From Alphaproteobacteria bacterium (GTDB lineage Bacteria; Pseudomonadota; Alphaproteobacteria; UBA8366; GCA-2717185), in contig JAKZTB010000036.1 of NCBI GenBank assembly GCA_047517345.1, positions 1,503-65,502 of the forward strand: a stretch of 64,000 bases of DNA, written 5' to 3'. This document shows positions 38,676 through 50,091 of the stretch, in pieces. The first letter of the stretch is position 1, and every line of letters starts with the position of its first letter. The notes beneath the pieces are model-generated. The model searched no databases and had not been told where the DNA came from. It saw only the letters and a list, made by a program, of their open reading frames with translations. A program made the translations under genes and the position numbers.

Positions 38676-39821
38676 TTAGATTGTGTCCACTAAATCGAGT
38701 GCCGTACCGATTTTCTCGACCGCCTTCAGCCCCGACCCTGTCAGGATGACGGCGACAGATTCGCCGGGCCGTATCGCACCTTCGTTCAACAGGCGGGTCA
38801 ATCCGGCCCCGGCGGCGCCTGTGGTCGGTTCGACGAAGAAACCCAGCCGCGCCGACTGCGCCAGCCCTTGGACAATCTCGTCCTCCGATACCGCCTGGAT
38901 CGCGCCGCCGGACTCGCGTACCGCGGCGAGCACCTCGCGCAGCCGAACCGGCGTCGCCGACGCGATACCGTCGGCGATCGTCGGCCGTGCGGCAAACGTC
39001 TTCGGCGATGGGTCGCCCGATTGGAAGGCGGCGTGATAGGGCGCGCAGTTCGCCGCCTGGACGGCATATATCCGCGGCAATCTGTCGATTTGCCCCGCGA
39101 CCAGCAACTCGGCGAACCCGATATGGCAGCCCATGATGTTGCTGCCCTGTCCAAGCGGCGACACGACGCAATCCGGCGCGCGGAAACCGAGCTGCTCCCA
39201 AAGTTCGAAGGCCAATGTCTTGGTCCCTTCGAGAAAATACGGCTGATGGTTGTGACTGGCGTAGAAGGTGCGGCCAGACTCGGCGAGGGCGGCGTCGGCG
39301 ACGTCGTCCCGGCTGCCGTCGATGGCGACGACTTCGGCGCCCATCGCCGCCATCTGGATTTTCTTCGCCGCCGGTGCCGCCGCCGGAACCATGATCCGGC
39401 ATTCCAATCCCAGGGCCGCCGCATAGGTCGCAGCGGACGCCCCGGCATTGCCCGAGGAATCTTCCAGGATCGCGGTCACGCCGACCTGTTTCAAATAGTT
39501 CAGCATGACGGCCGTTCCGCGGTCCTTGAAGGACCCCGACGTCATCAGATAGTCCGCTTTCATCTGCACGGGCACACCATTCCAGTCGGCCGGCAGCAGC
39601 GGCGTCCAACCCGCACCGAGTGTGATTTCCGGTTCCTTCGGCAGGCGTACCGCCGCGCGATAGCGCCAAAGAGAATGCTCGCGGCTGTCGATATCGTCCG
39701 GTGAAAGGCCAGGACCCGGCGTCAGGTTGACGTAGCCGCCATCGTCCGGCGCTTTCCACAGCGGTTCGCTCGTCGGCCAGGTCGCGCCGGTGCGCGGATT
39801 GATATAGGCGGGCTTGCTCAT
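38676..39821 (-). CDS. threonine synthase-like PLP-dependent enzyme
   Basis: 381 aa with a PLP-lysine motif (SGSFKDRG) and the glycine loop of fold-type II enzymes. The specific function cannot be assigned from sequence alone. Confidence 0.75.
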   Translation of the reverse strand: MSKPAYINPRTGATWPTSEPLWKAPDDGGYVNLTPGPGLSPDDIDSREHSLWRYRAAVRLPKEPEITLGAGWTPLLPADWNGVPVQMKADYLMTSGSFKDRGTAVMLNYLKQVGVTAILEDSSGNAGASAATYAAALGLECRIMVPAAAPAAKKIQMAAMGAEVVAIDGSRDDVADAALAESGRTFYASHNHQPYFLEGTKTLAFELWEQLGFRAPDCVVSPLGQGSNIMGCHIGFAELLVAGQIDRLPRIYAVQAANCAPYHAAFQSGDPSPKTFAARPTIADGIASATPVRLREVLAAVRESGGAIQAVSEDEIVQGLAQSARLGFFVEPTTGAAGAGLTRLLNEGAIRPGESVAVILTGSGLKAVEKIGTALDLVDTI

Positions 39822-40051
39822 CGCATCAGCCCTTTCGACTCGATCCAGTCCTGGACCAAAGCGGCGAACTCATCGGAATTATCGTCCATCATGAGAAAAT
39901 GGGAATTGCCAGGGATGCCCAGAGACGGCAGGTCGATAGCGCGGGCCGGCCCGCCCGGCGTCAGCACTTCCTCGCGCAACGGGATATCGCTCACGCCAAC
40001 GGTGCGGCCGGGGACGTGGAAGCTTCCGATCCGGTGGATTTCAATCGCCAT
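39818..40051 (-). pseudogene. alpha/beta-hydrolase remnant (in-frame internal deletion, 77 aa left)
   Basis: The N-terminus (IHRIGSFHVPGRTV) and C-terminus (LGIPGNSHFLMMDDNSDEFAALVQDWI) look like the two ends of a hydrolase of about 330 aa. The nucleophile elbow and core are absent. Confidence 0.4.
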
Positions 40052-40124
40052 GGCAACGGGATTCTACAACCAGCGGCAGAGACCCTGCGCCCAACGTCTC
40101 AAAATATCGATTGGTAATTTGCGG

Positions 40125-40451
40125 CTACTTCGACGCGCAGGAGATACACTGCGCCGCGTGCAGAATGGCCTCCAGGCGTTTTTCGCCGACAGGCTCGCCG
40201 CATGTCGCACATTCGCCATAAGTCTCCTCTTCGATGCGCGCCAGTGCGGCATTGATCTGCGAAATTTCCAGCAGGCCCGCGGTCTCGAGGCCTTCCAGAA
40301 CTTCATCGGCTTCGGCTTCGGTCGCCTGTTCCGCGAAGTCCGGATTGGCTGGTTCGCGCAGGTCTCCTTCGATTTCCTCGACCTTCGCGCTCAAGAACTG
40401 CCGCCTTTCCTCCAGCAGTTTCTTGATTTTCTCGACGTCTGTCATGGTCAT
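40125..40451 (-). CDS. TraR/DksA-family C4 zinc-finger protein
   Basis: 108 aa with a coiled-coil and a C-terminal CATCGEP..(16 aa)..CISC zinc finger. Confidence 0.8.
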   Translation of the reverse strand: MTMTDVEKIKKLLEERRQFLSAKVEEIEGDLREPANPDFAEQATEAEADEVLEGLETAGLLEISQINAALARIEEETYGECATCGEPVGEKRLEAILHAAQCISCASK

Positions 40452-40653
40452 GCACCTTACGTTCGATTCACAGGCAAAAGTTGTCGCGTTGGGGTAGCCC
40501 GCCGCGCAACTGTAACAAATATTTGTCCGAGGGTCCGCTGATTTTCTTTTTGGTCATTCTTTCGGTATAGCGGAGGGCTTCAATAGGGCGCTGGATTTGG
40601 CACGCGATTTGAGGCAGTTTCCGCCGCGGTAACCCGCGAGTCAGAATCTGCCG

Positions 40654-41799
40654 ATGAAAATCCTGTACCATCATAGGACCGTCTCGAAGGATGGTCAGGA
40701 CGTCCATATTACCGAACTGATCAACGCCTTTCGCGAAAAGGGGCACGAGGTCATCATTGTGTCGCCGCCGACACAGGATGACGCCGCGTTCGGCGCCGGC
40801 GGCGGCCGGTTCGACCTGATCAAAAAGCTCATTCCGCCCGCGCTGTACGAGGTTCTGGAACTCGGCTACTCGATCGTTGCCTACCGTCGCCTGCGCGAAG
40901 CTTATATCCGGCACCAACCCGATATTCTTTACGAACGCTACAGTTTGTTTCTGATGGCGGGGAAATGGCTTAAGGCGCGCTATGGCGTTCGATACATTCT
41001 GGAAGTCAATGCGCCGCTGGTGGACGAACGGATCGCGCATGACGGGCTGACGCTGCACCGTTTCGGCCGCTGGGCGGAAGGCAGGGTCTGGCGCGCCGCG
41101 GATCGGGTGCTGCCGGTAACCGATAAGCTGGCCGATTACGTGCGGCTTGCCGGTGTGCCCGACACGCGGATCAAGGTCATCCCCAATGGGATCAACACGG
41201 CCATGTTCTCTTCGAACGCAAGCGGCGAGGCGGCGCGTCGCGAGTTGGGTCTCGACGGTAAAGTTATACTTGGATTCACCGGCTTCATCCGGTCCTGGCA
41301 CGGCTTGACCCGGGTCGTGGATGCTATGGCGGCGATGCCGGAGCGCGACGATCTGCATTTTGTCGTTGTCGGCGACGGCCCGGCGCGCGCGGAGATAGAG
41401 GAATACGCGGCGGAGGAAGGGCTTCGCGACCGTGTGACGACGCTTGGCCTCGTGCCGCGCGATCGTATCAGCCACTACGTGTCGACCTTCGATATCGCGC
41501 TGCAACCGAGCGTCGTCGAATATGCGTCCCCATTGAAACTGTTCGAATACATGGCCCTCGGACGCGCCATCGTTGCACCCGATCAGGATAATATCCGGGA
41601 GGTTCTGACCGACGGCGAAGATGCGGTTCTGTTCGATCCCGACGACGCGAACGCCTTCACCGATGCGATCGTCCGGATGTGCGGGGACGATGAACTGCGC
41701 AAACGTCTAGGTCACGCGGCTGCAACACTCATCGAGAAAAAGGAATACACCTGGACCGCCAACGCGCGCCGTGTCGAGGAGATGGCGCGCGCGGAATAG
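40654..41799 (+). CDS. glycosyltransferase family 4 (GT-B, GT1 domain)
   Basis: 381 aa with a C-terminal Glycos_transf_1 signature (..EYASPLKLFEYMALGRAIVAP..). Confidence 0.85.
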   Translation: MKILYHHRTVSKDGQDVHITELINAFREKGHEVIIVSPPTQDDAAFGAGGGRFDLIKKLIPPALYEVLELGYSIVAYRRLREAYIRHQPDILYERYSLFLMAGKWLKARYGVRYILEVNAPLVDERIAHDGLTLHRFGRWAEGRVWRAADRVLPVTDKLADYVRLAGVPDTRIKVIPNGINTAMFSSNASGEAARRELGLDGKVILGFTGFIRSWHGLTRVVDAMAAMPERDDLHFVVVGDGPARAEIEEYAAEEGLRDRVTTLGLVPRDRISHYVSTFDIALQPSVVEYASPLKLFEYMALGRAIVAPDQDNIREVLTDGEDAVLFDPDDANAFTDAIVRMCGDDELRKRLGHAAATLIEKKEYTWTANARRVEEMARAE

Positions 41800-41851
41800 C
41801 GGCCGCAACCAGCTCTAGTGGGTCATCAAGACCGGCGCGGCGCGGGTGGCG

Positions 41852-42394
41852 TCAGTTCGCGGCTTTGGTTAGTTTCGCGCGGGCGGTGCGGACGGGTTCG
41901 CCGTCCCGGATACGCGAAAACACCAGATCCATGCCATAGCCGGACAAAGTCCTCGCATAGCTTTGCATGCTGTACGCCCCGCCGGCGCTGATGTTCAGGA
42001 TGAAGACGGTCATCGTGTTGCCTTCGATCTTTGCCCAGACATAAGGGTTGCCGGCCAGCGGGTCGCCCGATGGGGCGCCACGGAATACATTCGCGTGTTC
42101 CGTGAGCGAGAAAGTCGCGGTCTGTGTTTTGCGGCGGACATTGGGTTTCGAAGGATCGCCGCCGCCCCGGATGATCGTCGTCCAGGTAACGTTGAATCCT
42201 CCGCCGCTGGGCGCGATGATGACGTCGAGGTCGCGAACGGTGGTGCCGAAATAGATGCTGTCATTGTCCTCGGCGAAACCGCTGCCCTGGAAGGTGCCGA
42301 AGAAATGAGCCGGGGTCAGGTCCTGCGCCTGCGCCGCGCCGAAGGCCACAAGCAGGAAAAAAACGGCCGCTCCAACAAATCTTAAAAGAAACAT
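41852..42394 (-). CDS. hypothetical secreted protein
   Basis: 180 aa with a signal peptide (..LLVAFGAAQAQ). No family recognised. Confidence 0.6.
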   Translation of the reverse strand: MFLLRFVGAAVFFLLVAFGAAQAQDLTPAHFFGTFQGSGFAEDNDSIYFGTTVRDLDVIIAPSGGGFNVTWTTIIRGGGDPSKPNVRRKTQTATFSLTEHANVFRGAPSGDPLAGNPYVWAKIEGNTMTVFILNISAGGAYSMQSYARTLSGYGMDLVFSRIRDGEPVRTARAKLTKAAN

Positions 42395-42409
42395 GGTTTT
42401 CTTTCTCCG

Positions 42410-43276
42410 TTAGGGCCATCGCGCTTCGGGCGGGAGGGACATCAGAATTGCCTCCGGGTTGCCGCCGGTCATGATGCCGAACCGGGTCCCCCTGTCGAAC
42501 AGCAAGTTGAATTCTACGTATCGGCCGCGCCGCACGAGCTGGTGCGCGCGTTCCGCTTCCGTCCAGGCCTCTCCCATCCGGCGCCGGACGATCGCGGCAT
42601 AGGTTTCCAGGTAGGAGGTCCCAACGTCACGGACGAAGGCGAAGTCCGCATCCCAATCGCCGCTGTCGAGAGAGTCGAAAAAAATGCCCCCGACGCCGCG
42701 CGATTCCGCGCGGTGTTTGAGGTAGAAATACTCGTCGCACCATTTCTTGAATTTCGGGTAGTAGGTCTCGTCGTGCCTGTCGCAGGCGTCGCGCATGCCG
42801 GTGTGAAAGGCTTCCGTATCTTCATCGACAGGGGTCATCGGGGTGAGATCGGCGCCGCCGCCGAACCAGTGCTTCGACGTGACGATAAACCGCGTATTCA
42901 TATGGACCGCAGGGACGCGCGGCGAACGCATATGGGCGACGAGCGAAACGCCCGAGGCCCAGAAACCGCCGTCCTCGTCCGCACCCTGTATCTCTTTGCG
43001 GAATTGTTCCGAGAAGGTGCCGGTCACGGTGGAGATCTTGACGCCGACTTTCTCGAAAACCCGGCCGCGCATGACCGACATTTCGCCGCCGCCACCGTCG
43101 CTTCCGTCTTCCGTCGGACGCTGCCATTGTTTTCGCTCGAAGCGCCCCGCTTCGGCGTCACCTGTGCCGGCATCCTCTATCGCTTCGAAGTCGGCGCATA
43201 TCCGGTAGCGCAGTTCCCGGAACCAAGTCTGCGCTTGTTCTTTTCTACTTTCGATACGCATCGCTAATTCATTCAT
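42410..43276 (-). CDS. hemF: oxygen-dependent coproporphyrinogen III oxidase
   Basis: ORF 42410..43354 trimmed to MNELAMRIE... HemF motifs are present ([42 protein letters not shown]). Confidence 0.92.
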   Translation of the reverse strand: MNELAMRIESRKEQAQTWFRELRYRICADFEAIEDAGTGDAEAGRFERKQWQRPTEDGSDGGGGEMSVMRGRVFEKVGVKISTVTGTFSEQFRKEIQGADEDGGFWASGVSLVAHMRSPRVPAVHMNTRFIVTSKHWFGGGADLTPMTPVDEDTEAFHTGMRDACDRHDETYYPKFKKWCDEYFYLKHRAESRGVGGIFFDSLDSGDWDADFAFVRDVGTSYLETYAAIVRRRMGEAWTEAERAHQLVRRGRYVEFNLLFDRGTRFGIMTGGNPEAILMSLPPEARWP

Positions 43277-43736
43277 CTCGTGGCGGGTTCGCTGGAAATC
43301 CTTCGGTCTGACGCAACGCTTCACCCAACACCATCGCTGCGGCGAGCGCAACATTGAGCGAACGGGCGCCGGACGCCATGGGAATCAGAATACGGGCTGC
43401 TGCTTCGTCGTGGATTTCACGCGGCACGCCGGCACTTTCACGGCCGAGCAGCAACGTGTCGCCGGCCTCGAAAGCGAAAGCGGTAAAAGGTGTTTCCGCT
43501 TGGGTCGTCAGCAGAACGAGCCTTTTCGGCCGTGTCTCCCTGAAGGTTTGCCACGATACATGCCGGGTGACGGCGGCGAGTTCGATGTAATCCATACCGG
43601 CGCGGCGCATGCGGGGCTCGGACCACACGAAACCGCAAGGTTCGATAATGTCGACCCCGACACCGGTGCCCGCCGCGAGGCGCAATATCGCGCCGGTATT
43701 CTGGGGAATATCGGGCTGATAGAGAGCTAAGCGCAT
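43269..43736 (-). CDS. trmL: tRNA (cytidine/uridine(34)-2'-O)-methyltransferase
   Basis: SpoU/TrmL family ([20 protein letters not shown] .. GRESAGVP .. IPM..GARSLNV). The start was trimmed to Met13 of the ORF. Confidence 0.88.
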   Translation of the reverse strand: MRLALYQPDIPQNTGAILRLAAGTGVGVDIIEPCGFVWSEPRMRRAGMDYIELAAVTRHVSWQTFRETRPKRLVLLTTQAETPFTAFAFEAGDTLLLGRESAGVPREIHDEAAARILIPMASGARSLNVALAAAMVLGEALRQTEGFPANPPRDE

Positions 43737-44001
43737 GAATCGCCTGTAATATTCCCTGAAATTCACGTTCACGGCTTTGCAAGCCGCCCGAATCGCATTA
43801 TACGATAAAGGGCCGACCGGTCACGTTTAGGCGACAGCAGGGACGGCATTTTCCGGGCTTTCTCGCGACGAATTGTCGCGTTGTACGGGGTGGCGGGGCA
43901 GGAACGCCTTGCGTAAGGTTTTTGCTTCGGGAGACGGCTGGGTTATGATGCGTTGGCAGCCTCGTTACGGTGAGGCCCTACGCGACGGAGGGGGTTTAAG
44001 A

Positions 44002-44553
44002 ATGGCAGATACTGCGACGTCGCCCGACCCGGGTGACGAAGATGCCGGGCGGCGTGATTTTCTAGTTCTCGCGGCTACCGGAATGGGCGTTTTGGGCGCG
44101 GCGAGCTTCGTCTGGCCGCTTGTCCATTCAATGAACCCCTCCGCGGAAGTGCTGGCGCTGTCGACAATCGAAGTCGATCTCGAACCGATTGCCGAAGGGC
44201 AGTCGATTACGGTCGTCTGGCAAGGCAAGCCGGTGTTCATCCGCCAGCGGACCCAAAAGGAAATCGCCGAAGCGGTGAAAGACGACGGCGCAGACCTTCG
44301 CGATCCGCAGAAGGATGGCGAGCGCGCCCAAAAACCCGAATGGCTGGTCATGATCGGTCTTTGCACCCATCTGGGCTGCATTCCGTTGGGCCAGAAAGCA
44401 ACCGATCCGCATGGCGATTTCGGCGGTTGGTTCTGCCCGTGCCACGGGTCGCACTACGACACGTCGGGCCGAATTCGGAAGGGGCCGGCACCAACGAATT
44501 TACCGGTGCCGCCGTACAAGTTCGTCGATGACAAAACAATTCTTATTGGGTAG
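44002..44553 (+). CDS. petA: ubiquinol-cytochrome c reductase Rieske iron-sulfur subunit
   Basis: Tat-like RRDFL motif and Rieske boxes (CTHLGC, CPCHGS). The ATG at 44002 is preceded by GGAGGGGG. Confidence 0.93.
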   Translation: MADTATSPDPGDEDAGRRDFLVLAATGMGVLGAASFVWPLVHSMNPSAEVLALSTIEVDLEPIAEGQSITVVWQGKPVFIRQRTQKEIAEAVKDDGADLRDPQKDGERAQKPEWLVMIGLCTHLGCIPLGQKATDPHGDFGGWFCPCHGSHYDTSGRIRKGPAPTNLPVPPYKFVDDKTILIG

Positions 44554-44562
44554 GGGGCGTCG

Positions 44563-45846
44563 ATGAATACTGCGCCGCAGTGGAAGAATCCGGTGATCCA
44601 GTGGGTCGATGAACGCCTGCCGGTCTTTACCTACATGGACCACGAGTACGGTCAGTTCCCGATGCCGAAGAACCTGAACTATTTCTGGAATTTCGGGGCG
44701 CTGGCGTCGATCGTTCTGGTCGTCATGGTGGTGACGGGCATCATGCTGGCGATGCAATACACGCCGCATGTCGATCACGCGTTCGACAGCGTGGAACGCA
44801 TCATGCGGGACGTGAATTACGGCTGGCTGCTGCGATACATTCACATGAACGGCGGGTCGATGTTCTTCATCGTCGTCTATATCCACATGTTCCGCGGCCT
44901 TTATTACGGGTCCTACAAATCGCCGCGCGAATTGCTATGGATGTTCGGCGTCGTGATCCTGCTGCTGATGATGGCGACCGCCTTCATGGGTTACGTTCTG
45001 CCATGGGGACAGATGAGCTACTGGGGCGCCACGGTTATCACCAACCTGTTCTCCGCGATCCCCTATATCGGCAACTGGATCGTAACGCTCCTGTGGGGCG
45101 GTTTTGCCGTCGACAACGCGACCTTGAACCGCTTCTTTTCGCTGCACTATCTGATGCCGTTCGTTCTCTTCGCGGTGGTCGGCGCGCATGTCATCGCGCT
45201 GCACGTTACGAAGTCGAGCAACCCGGACGGGATCGAGATGAAGGGCCCGCAAGACTCGGTGCCGTTCCATCCGTATTTCACGGCCAAGGACGCGGTCGGG
45301 ACGGGCTTTTTCCTGCTCTTCTTCGCCTTCTTCGTCTTCTTCGCGCCGAACTTTTTCGGCGAACCGGACAATTATATCGAAGCGAACCCGTTGGTGACCC
45401 CGGCGCATATCGTGCCGGAATGGTACTTCCTGCCGTATTACGCGATCTTGCGGTCGATCACCTTCGATGTCCTGTTCATTCCGGCGAAACTGATGGGCGT
45501 GATCCTGATGTTCGGGTCGATCATGATCCTGTTCATTCTGCCCTGGCTGGATACCGCCAAGGTGCGCAGCGCGAAGTACCGGCCGATCTACAAATACGTC
45601 TTCTGGATTTTCTTCATCGACTGTATTGCGCTGGGCTGGGTCGGATCGCAGCCGCCGGAAGGAATTGCCCTGATCGTCGGCCAGATTGGGACGTTCTACT
45701 ACTTCGTTCACTTCCTGGTCGTGATGCCGGTTCTCGGGAAAATCGAAACGCCTTTGCCATTACCGGCGAGTATCGCTGAGACGGTTACCGGCGGCGGGGG
45801 AGGCGCCTCCGCCGGGGCGGCAGCTGCCAAGATGGAGAAGCCGTAA
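44563..45846 (+). CDS. petB: cytochrome b
   Basis: 427 aa with canonical cytochrome b segments ([25 protein letters not shown]). Confidence 0.95.
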   Translation: MNTAPQWKNPVIQWVDERLPVFTYMDHEYGQFPMPKNLNYFWNFGALASIVLVVMVVTGIMLAMQYTPHVDHAFDSVERIMRDVNYGWLLRYIHMNGGSMFFIVVYIHMFRGLYYGSYKSPRELLWMFGVVILLLMMATAFMGYVLPWGQMSYWGATVITNLFSAIPYIGNWIVTLLWGGFAVDNATLNRFFSLHYLMPFVLFAVVGAHVIALHVTKSSNPDGIEMKGPQDSVPFHPYFTAKDAVGTGFFLLFFAFFVFFAPNFFGEPDNYIEANPLVTPAHIVPEWYFLPYYAILRSITFDVLFIPAKLMGVILMFGSIMILFILPWLDTAKVRSAKYRPIYKYVFWIFFIDCIALGWVGSQPPEGIALIVGQIGTFYYFVHFLVVMPVLGKIETPLPLPASIAETVTGGGGGASAGAAAAKMEKP

Positions 45847-46604
45847 TGCGTAAAGCGATGATAAGCGCGGCGGCAGCCGTCATGATGGCGCTGACGGGCC
45901 CGGCCTTGGCAGCCGTTGGCATAGAGCTTCCCAAGCGCGATTGGTCTTTCGAGGGGCCCTTTGGAACCTATGACCGGGCGGCGATGCAGCGCGGATTGCA
46001 AATCTATAAGGAAGTCTGCTCGGGCTGTCACAGCTTGAATTTGATCTACTACCGGAACCTGGGCGATTTGGGCTACTCCGAAGCGCAGATCAAAGGCTTC
46101 GCGGCCGAAGAAGAAGTCGAAGACGGACCGGACAGCGAAGGCGAGATGTATATGCGACCGGCGCTGGCGTCAGACCGTTTCGTCAAACCGTTTCCGAACG
46201 ACAATGCCGCGCGTGCCGGCAACAACGGCGCGTTGCCGCCCGATCTATCGCTGATGGTCGAGGCGCGGGTTGGCGGCCCGAACTATCTTTACGCGCTGTT
46301 GACCGGATATGCCGACGCGCCGGAAGGCGTCACGGTGATGGAAGGCATGAACTACAACAAAGTTTTCCCCGGGCATCAGATCGCGATGGCGTCGCCGCTT
46401 TCCGATGAAGGTGTCGAATTTACCGACGGCACCAAGGCGACGGTCGCGCAACAGGCGGAAGATCTCGTGACCTTCCTCGCCTGGACGTCCGAACCGAACA
46501 TGGAAGCGCGCAAGAAGCTGGGCGTGAAAGTCATGATCTTCCTGGTCGTCTTCACCGGCCTGCTGATCGCGGTCAAGAAACGCGTCTGGGCCGACGTTCA
46601 CTGA
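45846..46604 (+). CDS. petC: cytochrome c1
   Basis: Signal peptide, CSGCHS haem motif and a C-terminal TM anchor. It completes the petABC operon. Confidence 0.93.
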   Translation: MRKAMISAAAAVMMALTGPALAAVGIELPKRDWSFEGPFGTYDRAAMQRGLQIYKEVCSGCHSLNLIYYRNLGDLGYSEAQIKGFAAEEEVEDGPDSEGEMYMRPALASDRFVKPFPNDNAARAGNNGALPPDLSLMVEARVGGPNYLYALLTGYADAPEGVTVMEGMNYNKVFPGHQIAMASPLSDEGVEFTDGTKATVAQQAEDLVTFLAWTSEPNMEARKKLGVKVMIFLVVFTGLLIAVKKRVWADVH

Positions 46605-46627
46605 CCGGACCAATAGGGTTTGAAATG

Positions 46628-46656
46628 CCGGGCCGCAGCATCCGCTGCGGCCCAGT
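46628..46656 (+). terminator. terminator-like hairpin after petC
   Basis: gggccgcagc / gctgcggccc form a 10-bp GC stem with a 4-nt loop, followed by aGTTTcgt (a weak U-tract). Confidence 0.45.
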
Positions 46657-46698
46657 TTCGTCTGGGCCTGCCGGTCGCTGAGAAACGGAAGGATCCCC

Positions 46699-47643
46699 AT
46701 GAGAACGCATCTCTATCGCATTCTCGAAGGTGCGCACCCTGTTTCTTCTTTGGGGCGCGCCATGGATGTATTCTTGATCGCGCTGATATCCTTGAATGTC
46801 GTCGCGGCGGTCGTCGAGACGGTCGGTCCGGTGTACGCCCAATACGAGCATTTGTTCGATTGGTTCGAAGTCGTGTCGATCACGATTTTTTCGGTCGAGT
46901 ATCTGACACGCATATGGGTCTGTGTCGACGACCCGGATTTACAGAGTCCCGCGTCCCTGCGGGCGCGGTTGCGCTACATGGCGTCGCCTCTGGCGCTGAT
47001 CGACTTGATCGCCATCGCGCCCGCCTTTCTGGGGCTGTTGTTCACTGTCGATCTGCGTTGGCTGCGGCTGTTCCGGCTGCTCAGGCTCTTCAAGCTGACG
47101 CGGAATTGGTCGGCGCTGAATCTGCTGTACCGCGTGATGCGCGACGAGGCGCAGATCATCGGCGCGGCCCTGTTCCTGCTATGCATCATCATGGTGTTGG
47201 CCTCGGGGGGCATGTACGTCGTCGAGCACCGCGCGCAGCCGGAGGATTTCGGCAGCGTCCCGGCGGCCATGTGGTGGACGATAGCGACATTGACCACGGT
47301 GGGCTATGGCGACGTGGTCCCGGTGACGGGGTGGGGCAAGGTGCTCGGCGGCTTCATATCGCTGATCGGCATCGGCATGGTGGCGTTTCCCGCCGGCATC
47401 CTGGCTGCCGGGTTTGCGGAGCAAATTCGACGTAGCCGCCGCTTGTATCGGGAACGGGTGGACGAGGCGATGGCGGAAGGCCCGGTGACCGGCGAAGCGG
47501 CCGCCGAGCTTGAGGAAGCGCGGACCGAACTGGGACTCAGCGAAAACATCGCGTCCGACATCGTGCGCTCAACGGCCGCCCGGCAGGACGATCGCGCCCG
47601 CTGCCCCCATTGTGGGGAGTTGTTACCGCCGATATCCACCTGA
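46699..47643 (+). CDS. ion-transport-family potassium channel
   Basis: It has an S4-like segment (RWLRLFRLLRLFKL), a pore helix and the K+ selectivity filter TTVGYGD. Confidence 0.88.
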   Translation: MRTHLYRILEGAHPVSSLGRAMDVFLIALISLNVVAAVVETVGPVYAQYEHLFDWFEVVSITIFSVEYLTRIWVCVDDPDLQSPASLRARLRYMASPLALIDLIAIAPAFLGLLFTVDLRWLRLFRLLRLFKLTRNWSALNLLYRVMRDEAQIIGAALFLLCIIMVLASGGMYVVEHRAQPEDFGSVPAAMWWTIATLTTVGYGDVVPVTGWGKVLGGFISLIGIGMVAFPAGILAAGFAEQIRRSRRLYRERVDEAMAEGPVTGEAAAELEEARTELGLSENIASDIVRSTAARQDDRARCPHCGELLPPIST

Positions 47644-47756
47644 CGCGGTAAATCGTCAGCAGGTGCATTTCACGCACGGGCGTTTGGCGCTAGTGTCCTG
47701 ATCGTGAAATTCAAGGGATTGAAATTCGCGTGAATCAGCACACCAACTATTTGATT

Positions 47757-47822
47757 CTAGTGTGATTCAGATCCTAAAATTCGTCGCATTCAATGCGACG
47801 AACTTCTGAATCATCACACTAG
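47757..47822. repeat. nested imperfect inverted repeat in the convergent K-channel / rpoD gap
   Basis: Inner perfect 10-bp hairpin (47780-47789 / 47793-47802) lies inside outer arms ctagtgtgattcaga / tctgaatcatcacactag. A related third copy of the arm is at 47689-47703. There is no U-tract. Confidence 0.6.
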
Positions 47823-47983
47823 GATCAAGCGAGATTCGCCCTATGGCGCGCGCCGGGAAGTTTCGAAAAGAGGCTTGGATTGCGCGCTCAGCTGCACGAG
47901 ATCCTGAGCAACGAGGTTTTCGATCGCGCCGATAACGGGCCTTGGTTCGGATCCGGATTGCCCGCGATGTGGCCCCAGGAAAC

Positions 47984-50005
<2,022 letters not shown>

Positions 50006-50091
50006 AAAGTCTCGTCTCCGGTGTTTTCCGACGCGCAATCGCCCACGCGACGGCAAATTAGAGCAAATATTCTTTAAAAAGGGTAACCTTA

